From NCBI GenBank assembly GCA_963716985.1, contig OY970323.1:1888001-1952000 (forward strand): DNA of 64,000 nucleotides, given 5' to 3'. The notes beneath the pieces were generated by a model. It was not told the origin of the DNA. It did not search any database and saw nothing but the letters and a program-made list of their open reading frames with translations. Shown here piece by piece: positions 1-9,574 of this stretch. Every line of letters begins with the position of its first letter. Positions within the stretch are counted from its first letter, which is position 1. Origin of the DNA: an uncultured bacterium (GTDB lineage: Bacteria > Chlamydiota > Chlamydiia > Chlamydiales > SM23-39). Both the position numbers and the translations under genes were made by a program.

Positions 1-422
1 TTTCCTAAAAAAGACGAAGTGATTCCGTTGTTTGCGCTGGCTTGATCTTTTCCTTGCCCCCGAAACCAGGTATAGGCCCATTTCGTATCCCAGCCGGCAT
101 AGTTCGTATTGTAATCAATGCCGCATCTTAAGCCCACGTTCCAACCGAAATGAACCTCTAGAATATCTATATCTTCAGTAGCGCTCCCAAAAGAAAAGTT
201 TTGTGCCCAATTATCCGCTCCGCTTTCTTTTGCCGACCAGATGAGAACGTCAGTAAAAAGATGGAAGCGGTTCGATTCGCTCTCTCTAGAGATATTTGGC
301 AATTCTTGCCCGTGTTCTTGTATTGGCGCAGCCTGTTTGCCATCCGCGTTCTGAAAAGAAGCGGCGTGGAGATGAAGACAGCACATCAAAAAACCACAAT
401 GTAACAAAAGCTTTTTATGCAA
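1..422 (-). CDS. Lpg1974/MOMP-like outer-membrane pore protein, 5' part (runs off window start)
   Basis: Manual minus-strand translation: (M)HKKLLLHCGFLMCCLHLHAA...FHLFTDVLIWSAKESGADNWAQ...HFGWNVGLRCGIDY...WDTKWAYTWFRG. Signal-peptide-like start and beta-barrel-like pattern; alternative ATG at 509. Confidence 0.6.
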   Translation of the reverse strand, partial: MHKKLLLHCGFLMCCLHLHAASFQNADGKQAAPIQEHGQELPNISRESESNRFHLFTDVLIWSAKESGADNWAQNFSFGSATEDIDILEVHFGWNVGLRCGIDYNTNYAGWDTKWAYTWFRGQGKDQASANNGITSSFLG

Positions 423-774
423 TTTGCGCTCGGATCTGGGCCTGGACCTCCGCTTCGAAAAAACGAGTGGTGATGAAAGACAGACTTTCCTTTTCCAGTT
501 GCAAGACATGGTAAAAAACGAATCAAATTTCATCGAAAAAGCTTTTGCTAAAAACGACCACTTAAATTGCCGACACATACTAAAAAAAATTTAAATTGAG
601 TGCAATTTCATTTTTAGAGTTCCGGAAAATGAACGCCAAATGGACATTTTTTGTGAGTCACGCGTCGCATCCGTCCGGTCGCTATCGAAGACCCATGGAG
701 CCAATAGAATCGACCTAGAAAATTAACATCCAAAATAGTAAAATTCTTGATCGATTCTCTAACAGGTTGTTCCT

Positions 775-1857
775 ATGAGACATTTATTTTTAGCCACATT
801 CATTTTTAGTTTATTCCATTTTTCTTCAGCCGCTTGTGAAGAGACCTTTGCAAATGCAGAGAAAGGATTTCAGGTTCGCTGGCAGGAGTTTCAAGAGGGC
901 CGACAGTTTCCTCTTTGGACTCCGAATTGGAAGGAAGAAGAGCTCAAAGGCCGATTCGATCAAATGGAGTCCGAACGCTGGCAGGTCTATTTCACCAATC
1001 CCGAAGATTGCCAAAAGCCAAATGCAATCGGCATTTATAAACCTTCGTACGAAAGCCCAAACACTTTCCCCTCCTGGGGATCTAGATACCCTTATTCCGG
1101 CTCTTTTAACTACAACCATGCGTCCGACCGCTATAATGCCAGCCTCATTACTCTTCATGGCAAACAGTTCATTGCCCTGGAGGGCCCGACCCAAGAGAAC
1201 GTTCCTGCCTTTCTTCATGTGCTGGATCAGTATCAGGTAACCGATCTTGTTCGATTAACGCCGGCCACATACAAAAATCGAGAAAATAGCACTCCCTATT
1301 GGGAAGGTCACATCAACATCCATCCAAAAAATGGCCGAACCACTTTGGAGCTCAACGGAAAAGAGATAAACTATTTTTTCACCGACTCTTGGATCAACCA
1401 TAACGGGATCGAGCCGGAGCGGCTCATTGCTCTTGTAAAAGCCGTCATGGGCCAAGAGACCGAAAAACAAATCATCGCCGTTCATTGCCGCGCGGGCGTG
1501 GGCCGGACGGGCACATTTTTGGCAGCCTATACATTGATTCGCGACATCGATCAACAGATCGCCGGCGGCATTGCGCCCGATCACATTCAAGTGAGCATCG
1601 ACAAGATTGTTTGGGAGATTTGCCTGCAGCGTCCCTTCATGGTCACCCATTTTGCCCAATATAAAACCCTCTATGAGCTGGTAAACCGTTATATCGAAGA
1701 TCTTAAAGCAAAGCCTTCTCCAACAGTTGCCGAAAACATCAAGACCGTCAAGGAAGTAAAGGCCCAATTTCGACGGCATGAAAAAACAGCTCATTATCAG
1801 AACATGAAAGGCAAGCCGCAGGAATGCTTTCTAGACAAGCCCGAAAAAGAAAGATAG
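775..1857 (+). CDS. Protein-tyrosine-phosphatase-family protein with N-terminal signal peptide
   Basis: P-loop HCRAGVGRTG, YNAS and FIALEGP motifs, Q-loop region QRPFMV; hydrophobic N-terminus. Confidence 0.85.
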   Translation: MRHLFLATFIFSLFHFSSAACEETFANAEKGFQVRWQEFQEGRQFPLWTPNWKEEELKGRFDQMESERWQVYFTNPEDCQKPNAIGIYKPSYESPNTFPSWGSRYPYSGSFNYNHASDRYNASLITLHGKQFIALEGPTQENVPAFLHVLDQYQVTDLVRLTPATYKNRENSTPYWEGHINIHPKNGRTTLELNGKEINYFFTDSWINHNGIEPERLIALVKAVMGQETEKQIIAVHCRAGVGRTGTFLAAYTLIRDIDQQIAGGIAPDHIQVSIDKIVWEICLQRPFMVTHFAQYKTLYELVNRYIEDLKAKPSPTVAENIKTVKEVKAQFRRHEKTAHYQNMKGKPQECFLDKPEKER

Positions 1858-2047
1858 TTTTTCTTCTTTTTTAGCGCATTTTTTGTCCAAGAAAAGGATT
1901 TTTGGATGCTGGCAACCAAGTTTTCGAGCCTTTTTTCTTAAAAAGACAATCCGTAACCAATTGTTTACAAAACGCTTAAGGATTGTTATTGCAAAAATAT
2001 AACTATTTTGTAAATATGAGACTCAAAAATAGAACTAGGTTACAAAA

Positions 2048-3205
2048 ATGCATTACCTCGCTCGATATTTTCAACCGCCTAAGGAAAGTTTCTTTTTATT
2101 TGGTCCAAGAGGCACAGGGAAATCTACATGGTTAAAAAAACAATACCCCCATGCACTTTGGATCGATTTATTAGAACCCGACTTGTTCAGAAAATATAGT
2201 GCTTTTCCAGAGCAGTTACGAAATTTGATCGACGCAAATCCAGACAAAAAAGTTTTGATCATTGATGAAGTACAAAAAATTCCCGACCTCCTTCCTTTGG
2301 TCCATGCTCTAATTGAAGAAAAAAAAGGAATTCAATTTATCTTAACCGGATCGAGTTCTCGAAAACTCAAACGTTTTGGAGTTGACCTCTTGGCTGGAAG
2401 AGCTCATTTATTTCATCTTCATCCCTTTCTTCCTTCTGAATTAGGCCAGAATTTTTCTTTAGAAAAATCTTTGGAAATCGGAATGCTTCCTCTTGTTTGG
2501 GCCTCTGATGACCCCCAGAAAACCCTCTCCTCCTATACCTCTTTGTATCTAAAAGAAGAGGTTCAAGCAGAAAGCCTTGTGAGAAAAGTAGGGAATTTCT
2601 CTAGATTTTTGGAAGTGATTAGTTTCTCTCACGCTGCTATACTTAATTCCGCGAACCTTGCAAGAGAGAGCGAAAACCACCGCTCGACAGTAGACAATTA
2701 TTTGCAAATTCTCAAAGACCTATTGCTCGGCTATACCTTGGACATCTTTACAAAAAGAGCCAAAAGAGAACTTTCTTCCCATCCGAAATTTTATTTTTTT
2801 GACTCAGGAGTCTTTCATTCTCTAAGGCCAAAAGGACCTCTAGATAGGCCGCAAGAAATTCATGGAGCTGCTTTAGAAGGTCTCGTTGCGGAAAGTCTAC
2901 GCACATGGATGGATCTTGCCAAAACCTCCTACTCTCTTCATTTTTGGAGAACCAGGTCGGGAAACGAGGTGGATTTTGTTGTCTATGGACAAGAGGGATT
3001 TTTTGCTATTGAGGTGAAAAACTCAACTCACATCTCTCCCCAGGACCTCAATGGCCTTAAAGCGTTCAAAGAAGAATATCCTGAAGCTTTTCCTCTTCTC
3101 TTGTACAGAGGAAAAGAAAAAGTTCTCTGCCAACAAATTCTTTGCGTACCTGTGGAAGAATTTCTTCGAAACTTGAAGCCAGAAACCGCTCTCTGGGAGA
3201 AATAG
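2048..3205 (+). CDS. AAA_14/DUF4143-type ATPase
   Basis: Walker A GPRTGKS-like (GPRGTGKST), Walker B IIDEVQ, LTGSS, KFYFFDSG, C-terminal EVDFV...AIEVK. Confidence 0.85.
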   Translation: MHYLARYFQPPKESFFLFGPRGTGKSTWLKKQYPHALWIDLLEPDLFRKYSAFPEQLRNLIDANPDKKVLIIDEVQKIPDLLPLVHALIEEKKGIQFILTGSSSRKLKRFGVDLLAGRAHLFHLHPFLPSELGQNFSLEKSLEIGMLPLVWASDDPQKTLSSYTSLYLKEEVQAESLVRKVGNFSRFLEVISFSHAAILNSANLARESENHRSTVDNYLQILKDLLLGYTLDIFTKRAKRELSSHPKFYFFDSGVFHSLRPKGPLDRPQEIHGAALEGLVAESLRTWMDLAKTSYSLHFWRTRSGNEVDFVVYGQEGFFAIEVKNSTHISPQDLNGLKAFKEEYPEAFPLLLYRGKEKVLCQQILCVPVEEFLRNLKPETALWEK

Positions 3206-3251
3206 CTATCGGAACCATAGAGGTCCCATGCAAAAAAACACCCTCTCCTAG

Positions 3252-3611
3252 TTAGACGGCTGCTTTTTTTTGGGGATAAACATAATTGGCAATCAAACGC
3301 GGAAGAAACACAACACTTGCGAGCAAGGGTACTCCCACACTTAGGGGAATTGTTATGTAAAGGTTCAAAACTGACATTACTGCTAATGCCACCATGTCTA
3401 TCGTGTAGATCAAAAAGTTTTTTTGCATTTCTTGCAGACGCTCCGCTTGAATGTTGCAAGTTTTCCCGAGCGCATAAGCTAAACTGCCATGAAAAATCGC
3501 CCATCCCCCAACAACAATGACAGCCAATTTAACCATATCCCAGCGAGCATCGTATGCAATGAGCGTAGAGGAATGAGAACTTTTTCTTATTACATCAAAA
3601 AAACAAGCCAT
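3252..3611 (-). CDS. Small membrane protein (paralog of 5670-6050)
   Basis: Hydrophobic segments; C-terminal half essentially identical to its paralog; GGAG RBS upstream. Confidence 0.7.
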   Translation of the reverse strand: MACFFDVIRKSSHSSTLIAYDARWDMVKLAVIVVGGWAIFHGSLAYALGKTCNIQAERLQEMQKNFLIYTIDMVALAVMSVLNLYITIPLSVGVPLLASVVFLPRLIANYVYPQKKAAV

Positions 3612-3700
3612 AAAGCCATTCTCCTTTTTTACTTTGAGAAAAACATTCTTCTTGTTCCTTTTTCAACGCAAAGGAAGAGTCATTCGTTCAAACAACAAAA

Positions 3701-4138
3701 TTATTTCGACTTCTTTAATGCGGGCAAACCAATGGTAGCTGTGAGCGCAAGGAAAGCCGCAGAAACTACAAAGCAAACATTCTTATAAAAGATGTCATGA
3801 TAGCAATCGTCAGACTTTGCATCCTTTGCGCAAGTAGTGCTTTCGCTTAACTTAGAAAACCCGGCTCCAATAGCAGACAAAAGAGTAACAAGACCCGGAA
3901 GTATCATTGAATAGATCTTTTTCGTCCTTTCATCCGTTTTTTGGGTAGTAGCATTTGTTCTGGCCGCAGACCATCGATTACTAGTAAAACCTTGGCAAGC
4001 AAGTGCCCCGCAAAAGGCACCAAAAAAACCTCCTGAAAAAAAACCAAACGTAGCACCTCCCACAATGCCTATACACGTTTCAATGGTTTCGCCTAAGAAA
4101 CCACACCATGGTTGTGCGGGATTTACTGTAGAGCTTAT
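3701..4138 (-). CDS. Small Gly/Cys-containing membrane protein; start codon reads ATA (possibly inactivated)
   Basis: Open frame extends to an ATA at 4138 behind the AGGAGGT RBS; the paralog has ATG at the same position (6792). Confidence 0.6.
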   Translation of the reverse strand: MSSTVNPAQPWCGFLGETIETCIGIVGGATFGFFSGGFFGAFCGALACQGFTSNRWSAARTNATTQKTDERTKKIYSMILPGLVTLLSAIGAGFSKLSESTTCAKDAKSDDCYHDIFYKNVCFVVSAAFLALTATIGLPALKKSK

Positions 4139-4269
4139 TTATTACCTCCTTAAAAAAACGAAGCAACAGGATAGCATGCTGTTGCGAATATTTGACAAAC
4201 AAAATTGCGTTTTTTTCCAATCTTGCGAAAAAAGAAAAAAGACCGCATTCTGAACTGCTTGAGGACACA

Positions 4270-4489
4270 ATGTTTCTAAGCCAGGCGAAAGAAGGATCCC
4301 TTGCAACGATCAAGGAGATGCTTTTAGTAAAAAAACCATCTCAGCAAACTCATTTCTCTTGGGATCGTTCCCGGAGCGATTGTCAAAGTTTTAAAAAACG
4401 ATTCGATCCGTCCTCTCATTCTCATCGTCAAGGGATGCCGGTTGATCATTGAGCGAGCGATCGCTTGTAAGATCGAAATTGAGCCATGA
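4270..4489 (+). pseudogene. feoA: Frameshifted feoA copy
   Basis: Near-identical to 6997-7215 with a +1 base near 4328. Confidence 0.85.
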
Positions 4490-5577
4490 AAAAAAAACGA
4501 TCCATATTGCCTTAGCGGGACTTTCCGGGTTAGCGTAAAAAAACAAAGAAATGATTTGCGTAAATGCCCCTACAGATATGTCTAAAGGCATATGCAAAAT
4601 TTTAAAACACGATATTAGGGTAATACTCGATTTTCCATAGAGAAAAACAACCCTTTTTAATACCTAAGTCGTAAAGTCCCGTTAGTTGGCAATCCCAACT
4701 GCGGAAAAAGCACTCTTTTTAATGAACTGGTCAAAGGAAATCAGGAGGTCGGCAACTACCCCGGCGTCACGGTCGAAAAAAAAACCGGTTTTGTCTCTTA
4801 CAAGGGCTGGGATTTTATGATTACGGACCTTCCCGGCATCTACAATCTGACAGCGCAAAGCGAAGATGAGCGTATTGCAAAGGATTTTTTATTAGAAGAA
4901 AGGATCGATCTGGCGATCCAGGTGATCGATTCCACCCATATCGAGCGCCATCTTTTTTTGACGAGCCAGCTCATGGAGATGGGGCTGCCCCTGATGGTTG
5001 CTTTGAACATGTGGGACCTCGTAAAAAAACGAGGATTAGAGATCGATTTGGAGCGTCTCAAACTTCTTTTAGAAATCGAGATCATCCCGACGGCCGCAGA
5101 GGCAAAGGAAGGGCTGTTCGATCTTCTTGATGTTGCAATCGACATCATAGAAAAGAAAAAAAGCTCTTTTGGCGTTCGCTTTCCCTTTTCCCGGCAAATG
5201 GAGATCGGTCTTTTAAAAATCCAAAAACTTCTTTCGCAAGAACTGCCTTCTCTGGGTCAAAATGACTTGCGCTTTTTCGCTCTTCGTCTTCTGGAAGAAG
5301 ATCCGTCTATCGAGAAAAAATGCTCTTCTCATTTGATGGAAGGGGTCAAAAAAACCGTCGATTCATTGAAGGAAAATAATCCAAGATCGGTGGAAATGCA
5401 GATCTCCATGGCGCGCCATGAGGAGATCAAAAAAAATGCAGATCTCTGCATAAAAAAAGAGGCTCACTTGTGCCAGTCGATCTCGGACCACATGGACAAA
5501 GTTTTGCTCTATCGCGCTTGGGGTCTTCCGATTTTTTTTCCTCTCCATTTTCTTGATCTTTCAGCTCACCTTTTCTT
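4486..5577 (+). pseudogene. feoB: Truncated feoB copy interrupted by a MITE
   Basis: Near-identical to 7212-8130; extra As after the ATG, 166-bp insertion, ends at the duplication junction. Confidence 0.9.
4516..4681. mobile_element. 166-bp MITE with 18-bp imperfect TIRs and TTAG target duplication
   Basis: Left end CGGGACTTTCCGGGTTAG, right end (revcomp) CGGGACTTTACGACTTAG; TTAG at 4512-4515 and 4682-4685; empty site GCCTTAGTTGGC in intact feoB. Confidence 0.9.
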
Positions 5578-5669
5578 GAAGAATCTCTTCAAAACTTAAA
5601 GCCAAAAACGCTCTCTGGGAGAATTGGCTATCGGAACCATTGAGGCCCTATGCAAAAAAACGCGCTTTC

Positions 5670-6050
5670 CTAATTAGATGGTTGCTTTTTTCCGGGATAA
5701 ACATAATTGGCAATCAAACGCGGAAGAAACACAACACTTGCGAGCAAGGGCACTCCCACACTTAGGGGAATTGTTATGTAAAGGTTCAAAACTGACATTA
5801 CTGCTAATGCCACCATGTCTATCGTGTAGATCAAAAAGTTTTTCTCAACCTCATTCTTATTCTCAATATTCACGTTTTGCAACTCTTGTAGAACATTGTA
5901 GTTTTTCTTGGCTACACATATGAAACTACCAATAAGAATGGCCGCAGCCCCAATACCCATGAAACCCCACTTAATCATATCCCGGTGAGCATCGTATGCA
6001 ACGGGCATAGCGTGAAGAGAACCTTTTATAACATCAAAAACATACGACAT
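5670..6050 (-). CDS. Small membrane protein (paralog of 3252-3611)
   Basis: MSYVFDVIK... start behind GGAG; hydrophobic segments. Confidence 0.7.
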   Translation of the reverse strand: MSYVFDVIKGSLHAMPVAYDAHRDMIKWGFMGIGAAAILIGSFICVAKKNYNVLQELQNVNIENKNEVEKNFLIYTIDMVALAVMSVLNLYITIPLSVGVPLLASVVFLPRLIANYVYPGKKQPSN

Positions 6051-6138
6051 AAAAACACTCTCCTTTTTTACTTTGAGAAACATTCTTCTCGTTCCTTTTT
6101 CAACACAAAGGAAGAGGCATTCGTTCAAACAACAAAAA

Positions 6139-6792
6139 TTATTTCGACTTCTTTAATGCAGAAAAACCAAAGGTAACTGTGAGCGCAAGGAAAGCCCCAG
6201 AAACTATAAGACAAACATTCTTATAAAAGATGTCATGATAGCAATCGCCAGACTTTGCATCCTTTGCGCAGGTGGTGTTTTCGCTTAACTTAGAAAACCC
6301 GGCTCCAATAGCAGACAAAAGAGTAGCAATACCCGAAAGTGCCACGTAAACCGTTTTTTTTGCAGTTTTTTTGCAGCTTCAGCAATTTCAATCGCTTCTT
6401 GGTTAGAAGCATCTGATCTGGTCGCTGACCATCGATTACTAGTAAAGCCTTTGCAGGCAAGTGCCCCACAAAAGGCACCAAAAAAACCTCCTGAAAAAAA
6501 ACCAAACGTAGCACCTCCCGCAATGCCTACACACGTTTCAATGGTTTCCCCTAAGAAACCACACCATGGTTGTGCGGAATTTGTAGTCTAGTGCTCTGTC
6601 ATAGTTAAAATTTAGGATTATAAGTTTGGCAACGGTCGGCATAAACTCAAGTCAATTTATCCTAAAATTAGAGGGTGACAGAGCACTAGTGCTCTGTCAT
6701 AGTTAAAATTTAGGATTATAAGTTTGGCAACGGTCGGCATAAACTCAAGTCAATTTATCCTAAAATTAAAGAATGGCAGAGCACTAGCTCAT
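6139..6792 (-). pseudogene. Paralog of 3701-4138 disrupted by tandem MITEs and a homopolymer frameshift
   Basis: ATG at 6792 followed by the MITE pair; the T8 run at 6354-6361 shifts the frame. Confidence 0.75.
6592..6783. mobile_element. Two tandem copies of a 94-bp MITE (6592-6685, 6690-6783), separated and flanked by CTAG
   Basis: TIR TGCTCTGTCA/TGACAGAGCA; CTAG at 6588, 6686, 6784; third copy at 38554-38647. Confidence 0.9.
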
Positions 6793-6996
6793 TTATTACC
6801 TCCTTTAAAAAACGAAGCAATAGGATAGCATGCTGTTGCGAATATTTGACAAACAAAACTGCGTTTTTTTCCAAAAAATGACCTAGTTTTTGATCCAAAT
6901 GCTTCTTGTAAAACATTGTGTCCGGAAGGAATTTACGATCGAACATCTCTTGCGGAAAAAGAAAAAAGACCGCATCCTGAACTACTTGAGGATACA

Positions 6997-7215
6997 ATGT
7001 TTCTAAGCCAGGCGAAAGAAGGATCCCTTGCAACAATCAAAGAGATGCTTTTAGAAAAAAACCATCTCAGCAAGCTCATTTCTCTTGGGATCGTTCCCGG
7101 AGCGATTGTCAAAGTTTTAAAAAACGATTCGATCCGTCCTCTCATTCTCATCGTCAAGGGATGCCGGTTGATCATTGAGCGAGCGATCGCTTGCAAAATC
7201 GAAATCGAGCCATGA
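6997..7215 (+). CDS. feoA: Ferrous iron transport protein A
   Basis: KLISLGIVPGAIVKV...PLILIVKG motif; overlaps the feoB start. Confidence 0.9.
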   Translation: MFLSQAKEGSLATIKEMLLEKNHLSKLISLGIVPGAIVKVLKNDSIRPLILIVKGCRLIIERAIACKIEIEP

Positions 7216-9434
7216 AAAAAACGATCCATATCGCCTTAGTTGGCAATCCCAACTGCGGAAAAAGCACTCTTTTTAATGAACTGGTCAAAGGAAATCAGGA
7301 GGTCGGCAACTACCCCGGCGTCACGGTTGAGAAAAAAACCGGTTTTGTCTCTTACAAAGGCTGGGATTTTATGATTACGGACCTTCCCGGCATCTACAAT
7401 CTGACAGCGCAAAGCGAAGATGAGCGTATTGCAAAGGATTTTTTATTAGAAGAAAGGATCGATCTGGCGATCCAGGTGATCGATTCCACCCATATCGAGC
7501 GCCATCTTTTTTTGACGAGCCAGCTCATGGAGATGGGGCTGCCCCTGATGGTTGCTTTGAACATGTGGGACCTCGTAAAAAAACGAGGATTAGAGATCGA
7601 TTTGGAGCGTCTCAAACTTCTTTTAGAAATCGAGATCATCCCGACGGCCGCAGAGGCAAAGGAAGGGCTGTTCGATCTTCTTGATGTTGCAATCGACATC
7701 ATAGAAAAGAAAAAAAGCTCTTTTGGCGTTCGCTTTCCCTTTTCCCGGCAAATGGAGATCGGTCTTTTAAAAATCCAAAAACTTCTTGCGGAAGAACTGC
7801 CTTCTCTGGGTCAAAATGACTTGCGCTTTTTCGCTCTTCGTCTTCTGGAAGAAGATCCGTCTATCGAGAAAAAATGCTCTTCTCATTTGATGGAAGGGGT
7901 CAAAAAAACCGTCGATTCATTGAAGGAAAATAATCCAAGATCGGTGGAAATGCAGATCTCCATGGCGCGCCATGAGGAGATCAAAAAAATTGCGGACCTC
8001 TGCATAAAAAAAGAGGCCCACTTGCACCGGTCGATCTCGGACCGCATGGACAAAATTTTGCTCCATCGCGCTTGGGGTCTTCCGATTTTTTTTCTCTCCA
8101 TTTTCTTGATCTTTCACCTCACTTTTTCTTTAGGTTATTATCCATCGAAATGGCTGGAGTGGTTTTTTCAATTTTTAACGGACAGATGTGCGCAATTTTC
8201 TCCAAGAATCCTCTCCTTGCTTCTCACAAAGGGAGTGATCGGAGGCGTTGGCACCGTTCTCATTTTTCTTCCCAATATCTTCTTTCTTTTTTTAGGACTT
8301 TCCCTTTTAGAATCTACGGGATACATGACAAGAATTGCCTTTCTGATGGATCGCATCATGCACAAGATCGGCCTTCATGGGAAAAGCTTTCTTCCCATGC
8401 TCCTTGGCTTCGGCTGCACCGTGCCGGCCATTTTGGCCACGCGCATGTTAGAGAGCAAACGCGATCGATTCATCACGATGCTCATCCTCCCTTTGGTAGC
8501 CTGCAGCGCCAAACTGGTCGTGTTCGGGCTGCTCATTCCTCCGTTTTTTCCGCCGTTTTGGCGCCCCTTCGTTCTCTTTTCTCTTTATGTGATCGGGATC
8601 GTGCTCGCGATACTTTTGGCCAAGCTTTTACGCAAATGTCTCTTGAAAGAAGAGCGCTCTCCCTTTCTCGTTGAACTTCCTCCCTATCGGCCGCCGCAAA
8701 TCTCCTTCCTTTTAAAAATCACCTGCCGGAAGTCGTGGCACTACGTGAAAAAAGCAGGAAGCATCATCCTCCTGTTTTCCCTATTCTTCTGGGCTTTGAG
8801 CTACTTTCCGAAGGGACCTTCTTTAGATCTTGCTTTTGAAACCAGCGTCCAAGAGAAAAAAAGCTCTTTTTCAGAACTTGCAAAAGATCGGAGTTTAAGC
8901 CATTTAACATCCTTCCGGCTGCTTGCGAAAAAAGAGCGCATACTCTCCCATGAAAGCAAAACAAATCCTGCATCTCTTGCGGCATGCAAGAGCTTTTTCA
9001 GCGAAATTTCCCGTTTAAACGAAGAGAAAAACCAGAATATTCTCAAAGAGAGCTTTATCGGAGAAATAGGTAATTTCATCGCGCCCCTATTCAAGCCACT
9101 CGGGTTTGACTGGCGCATCAGCACCTCTCTTTTGGGAGCCTTCGCCGCCAAAGAGATTTTCATCTCGCAAATGGGCATACTTTTTGCAAGCCAAGAAGAT
9201 ATTCCTTTAGAGCAAAAGCTGCGAGGCTCCTATTCTCCCCTAGTTGCTTTTTGCATCATGCTTTTTATGCTGATCAGCACTCCTTGCATTGCCACGCTCG
9301 CAACTACACGGAAAGAGAGTTCTAACCGGTGGGCCCTGTTGCAACTGACTCTTCTGACCTTCATGGCCTATTTTCTGACCTGGATGGTCTACCAGGGAGC
9401 TTCCCTCTTTGAAAAACTCTTTTGGATCCATTGA
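7212..9434 (+). CDS. feoB: Ferrous iron transport protein B
   Basis: GNPNCGKST, VGNYPGVTVE, DLPGIY, NMWD; membrane domain with GFGCTVPA. Confidence 0.97.
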   Translation: MKKTIHIALVGNPNCGKSTLFNELVKGNQEVGNYPGVTVEKKTGFVSYKGWDFMITDLPGIYNLTAQSEDERIAKDFLLEERIDLAIQVIDSTHIERHLFLTSQLMEMGLPLMVALNMWDLVKKRGLEIDLERLKLLLEIEIIPTAAEAKEGLFDLLDVAIDIIEKKKSSFGVRFPFSRQMEIGLLKIQKLLAEELPSLGQNDLRFFALRLLEEDPSIEKKCSSHLMEGVKKTVDSLKENNPRSVEMQISMARHEEIKKIADLCIKKEAHLHRSISDRMDKILLHRAWGLPIFFLSIFLIFHLTFSLGYYPSKWLEWFFQFLTDRCAQFSPRILSLLLTKGVIGGVGTVLIFLPNIFFLFLGLSLLESTGYMTRIAFLMDRIMHKIGLHGKSFLPMLLGFGCTVPAILATRMLESKRDRFITMLILPLVACSAKLVVFGLLIPPFFPPFWRPFVLFSLYVIGIVLAILLAKLLRKCLLKEERSPFLVELPPYRPPQISFLLKITCRKSWHYVKKAGSIILLFSLFFWALSYFPKGPSLDLAFETSVQEKKSSFSELAKDRSLSHLTSFRLLAKKERILSHESKTNPASLAACKSFFSEISRLNEEKNQNILKESFIGEIGNFIAPLFKPLGFDWRISTSLLGAFAAKEIFISQMGILFASQEDIPLEQKLRGSYSPLVAFCIMLFMLISTPCIATLATTRKESSNRWALLQLTLLTFMAYFLTWMVYQGASLFEKLFWIH

Positions 9435-9478
9435 CAAATACTTTTTTTTTTCGCAGAGTGAAGAAAAGGAAAAAGAAG

Positions 9479-9565
9479 ATGTTTCTTCATGGGTTGATTT
9501 CCGTTACATCTGTTCTTCTTTTGGCCTATCTTTTGTCCGTCATTTTATGGCCTGAACATTTTTGA
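9479..9565 (+). CDS. kdpF: K+-transporting ATPase subunit F (28 aa, below the ORF-track cutoff)
   Basis: MFLHGLISVTSVLLLAYLLSVILWPEHF immediately upstream of kdpA; YL...PExF C-terminus. Confidence 0.85.
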   Translation: MFLHGLISVTSVLLLAYLLSVILWPEHF

Positions 9566-9574
9566 GCAAAACAG

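Larger units (their letters stand above)
3155..8130 (+). repeat. Imperfect tandem duplication: unit 1 about 3155-5577, unit 2 about 5578-8130
   Basis: The ATPase 3' end (gaagaat.tcttc.aaactt.aagcc), two membrane-protein genes, feoA and the 5' part of feoB all occur twice in the same order. Confidence 0.95.

Noticed and set aside
6588..6787. Three CTAG/GCTCTG-containing repeats at 98-bp spacing resembling a mini CRISPR array
   Set aside because: The intervening sequences are near-identical rather than unique spacers, and a solitary inverted copy exists at 38554; this is a MITE tandem.
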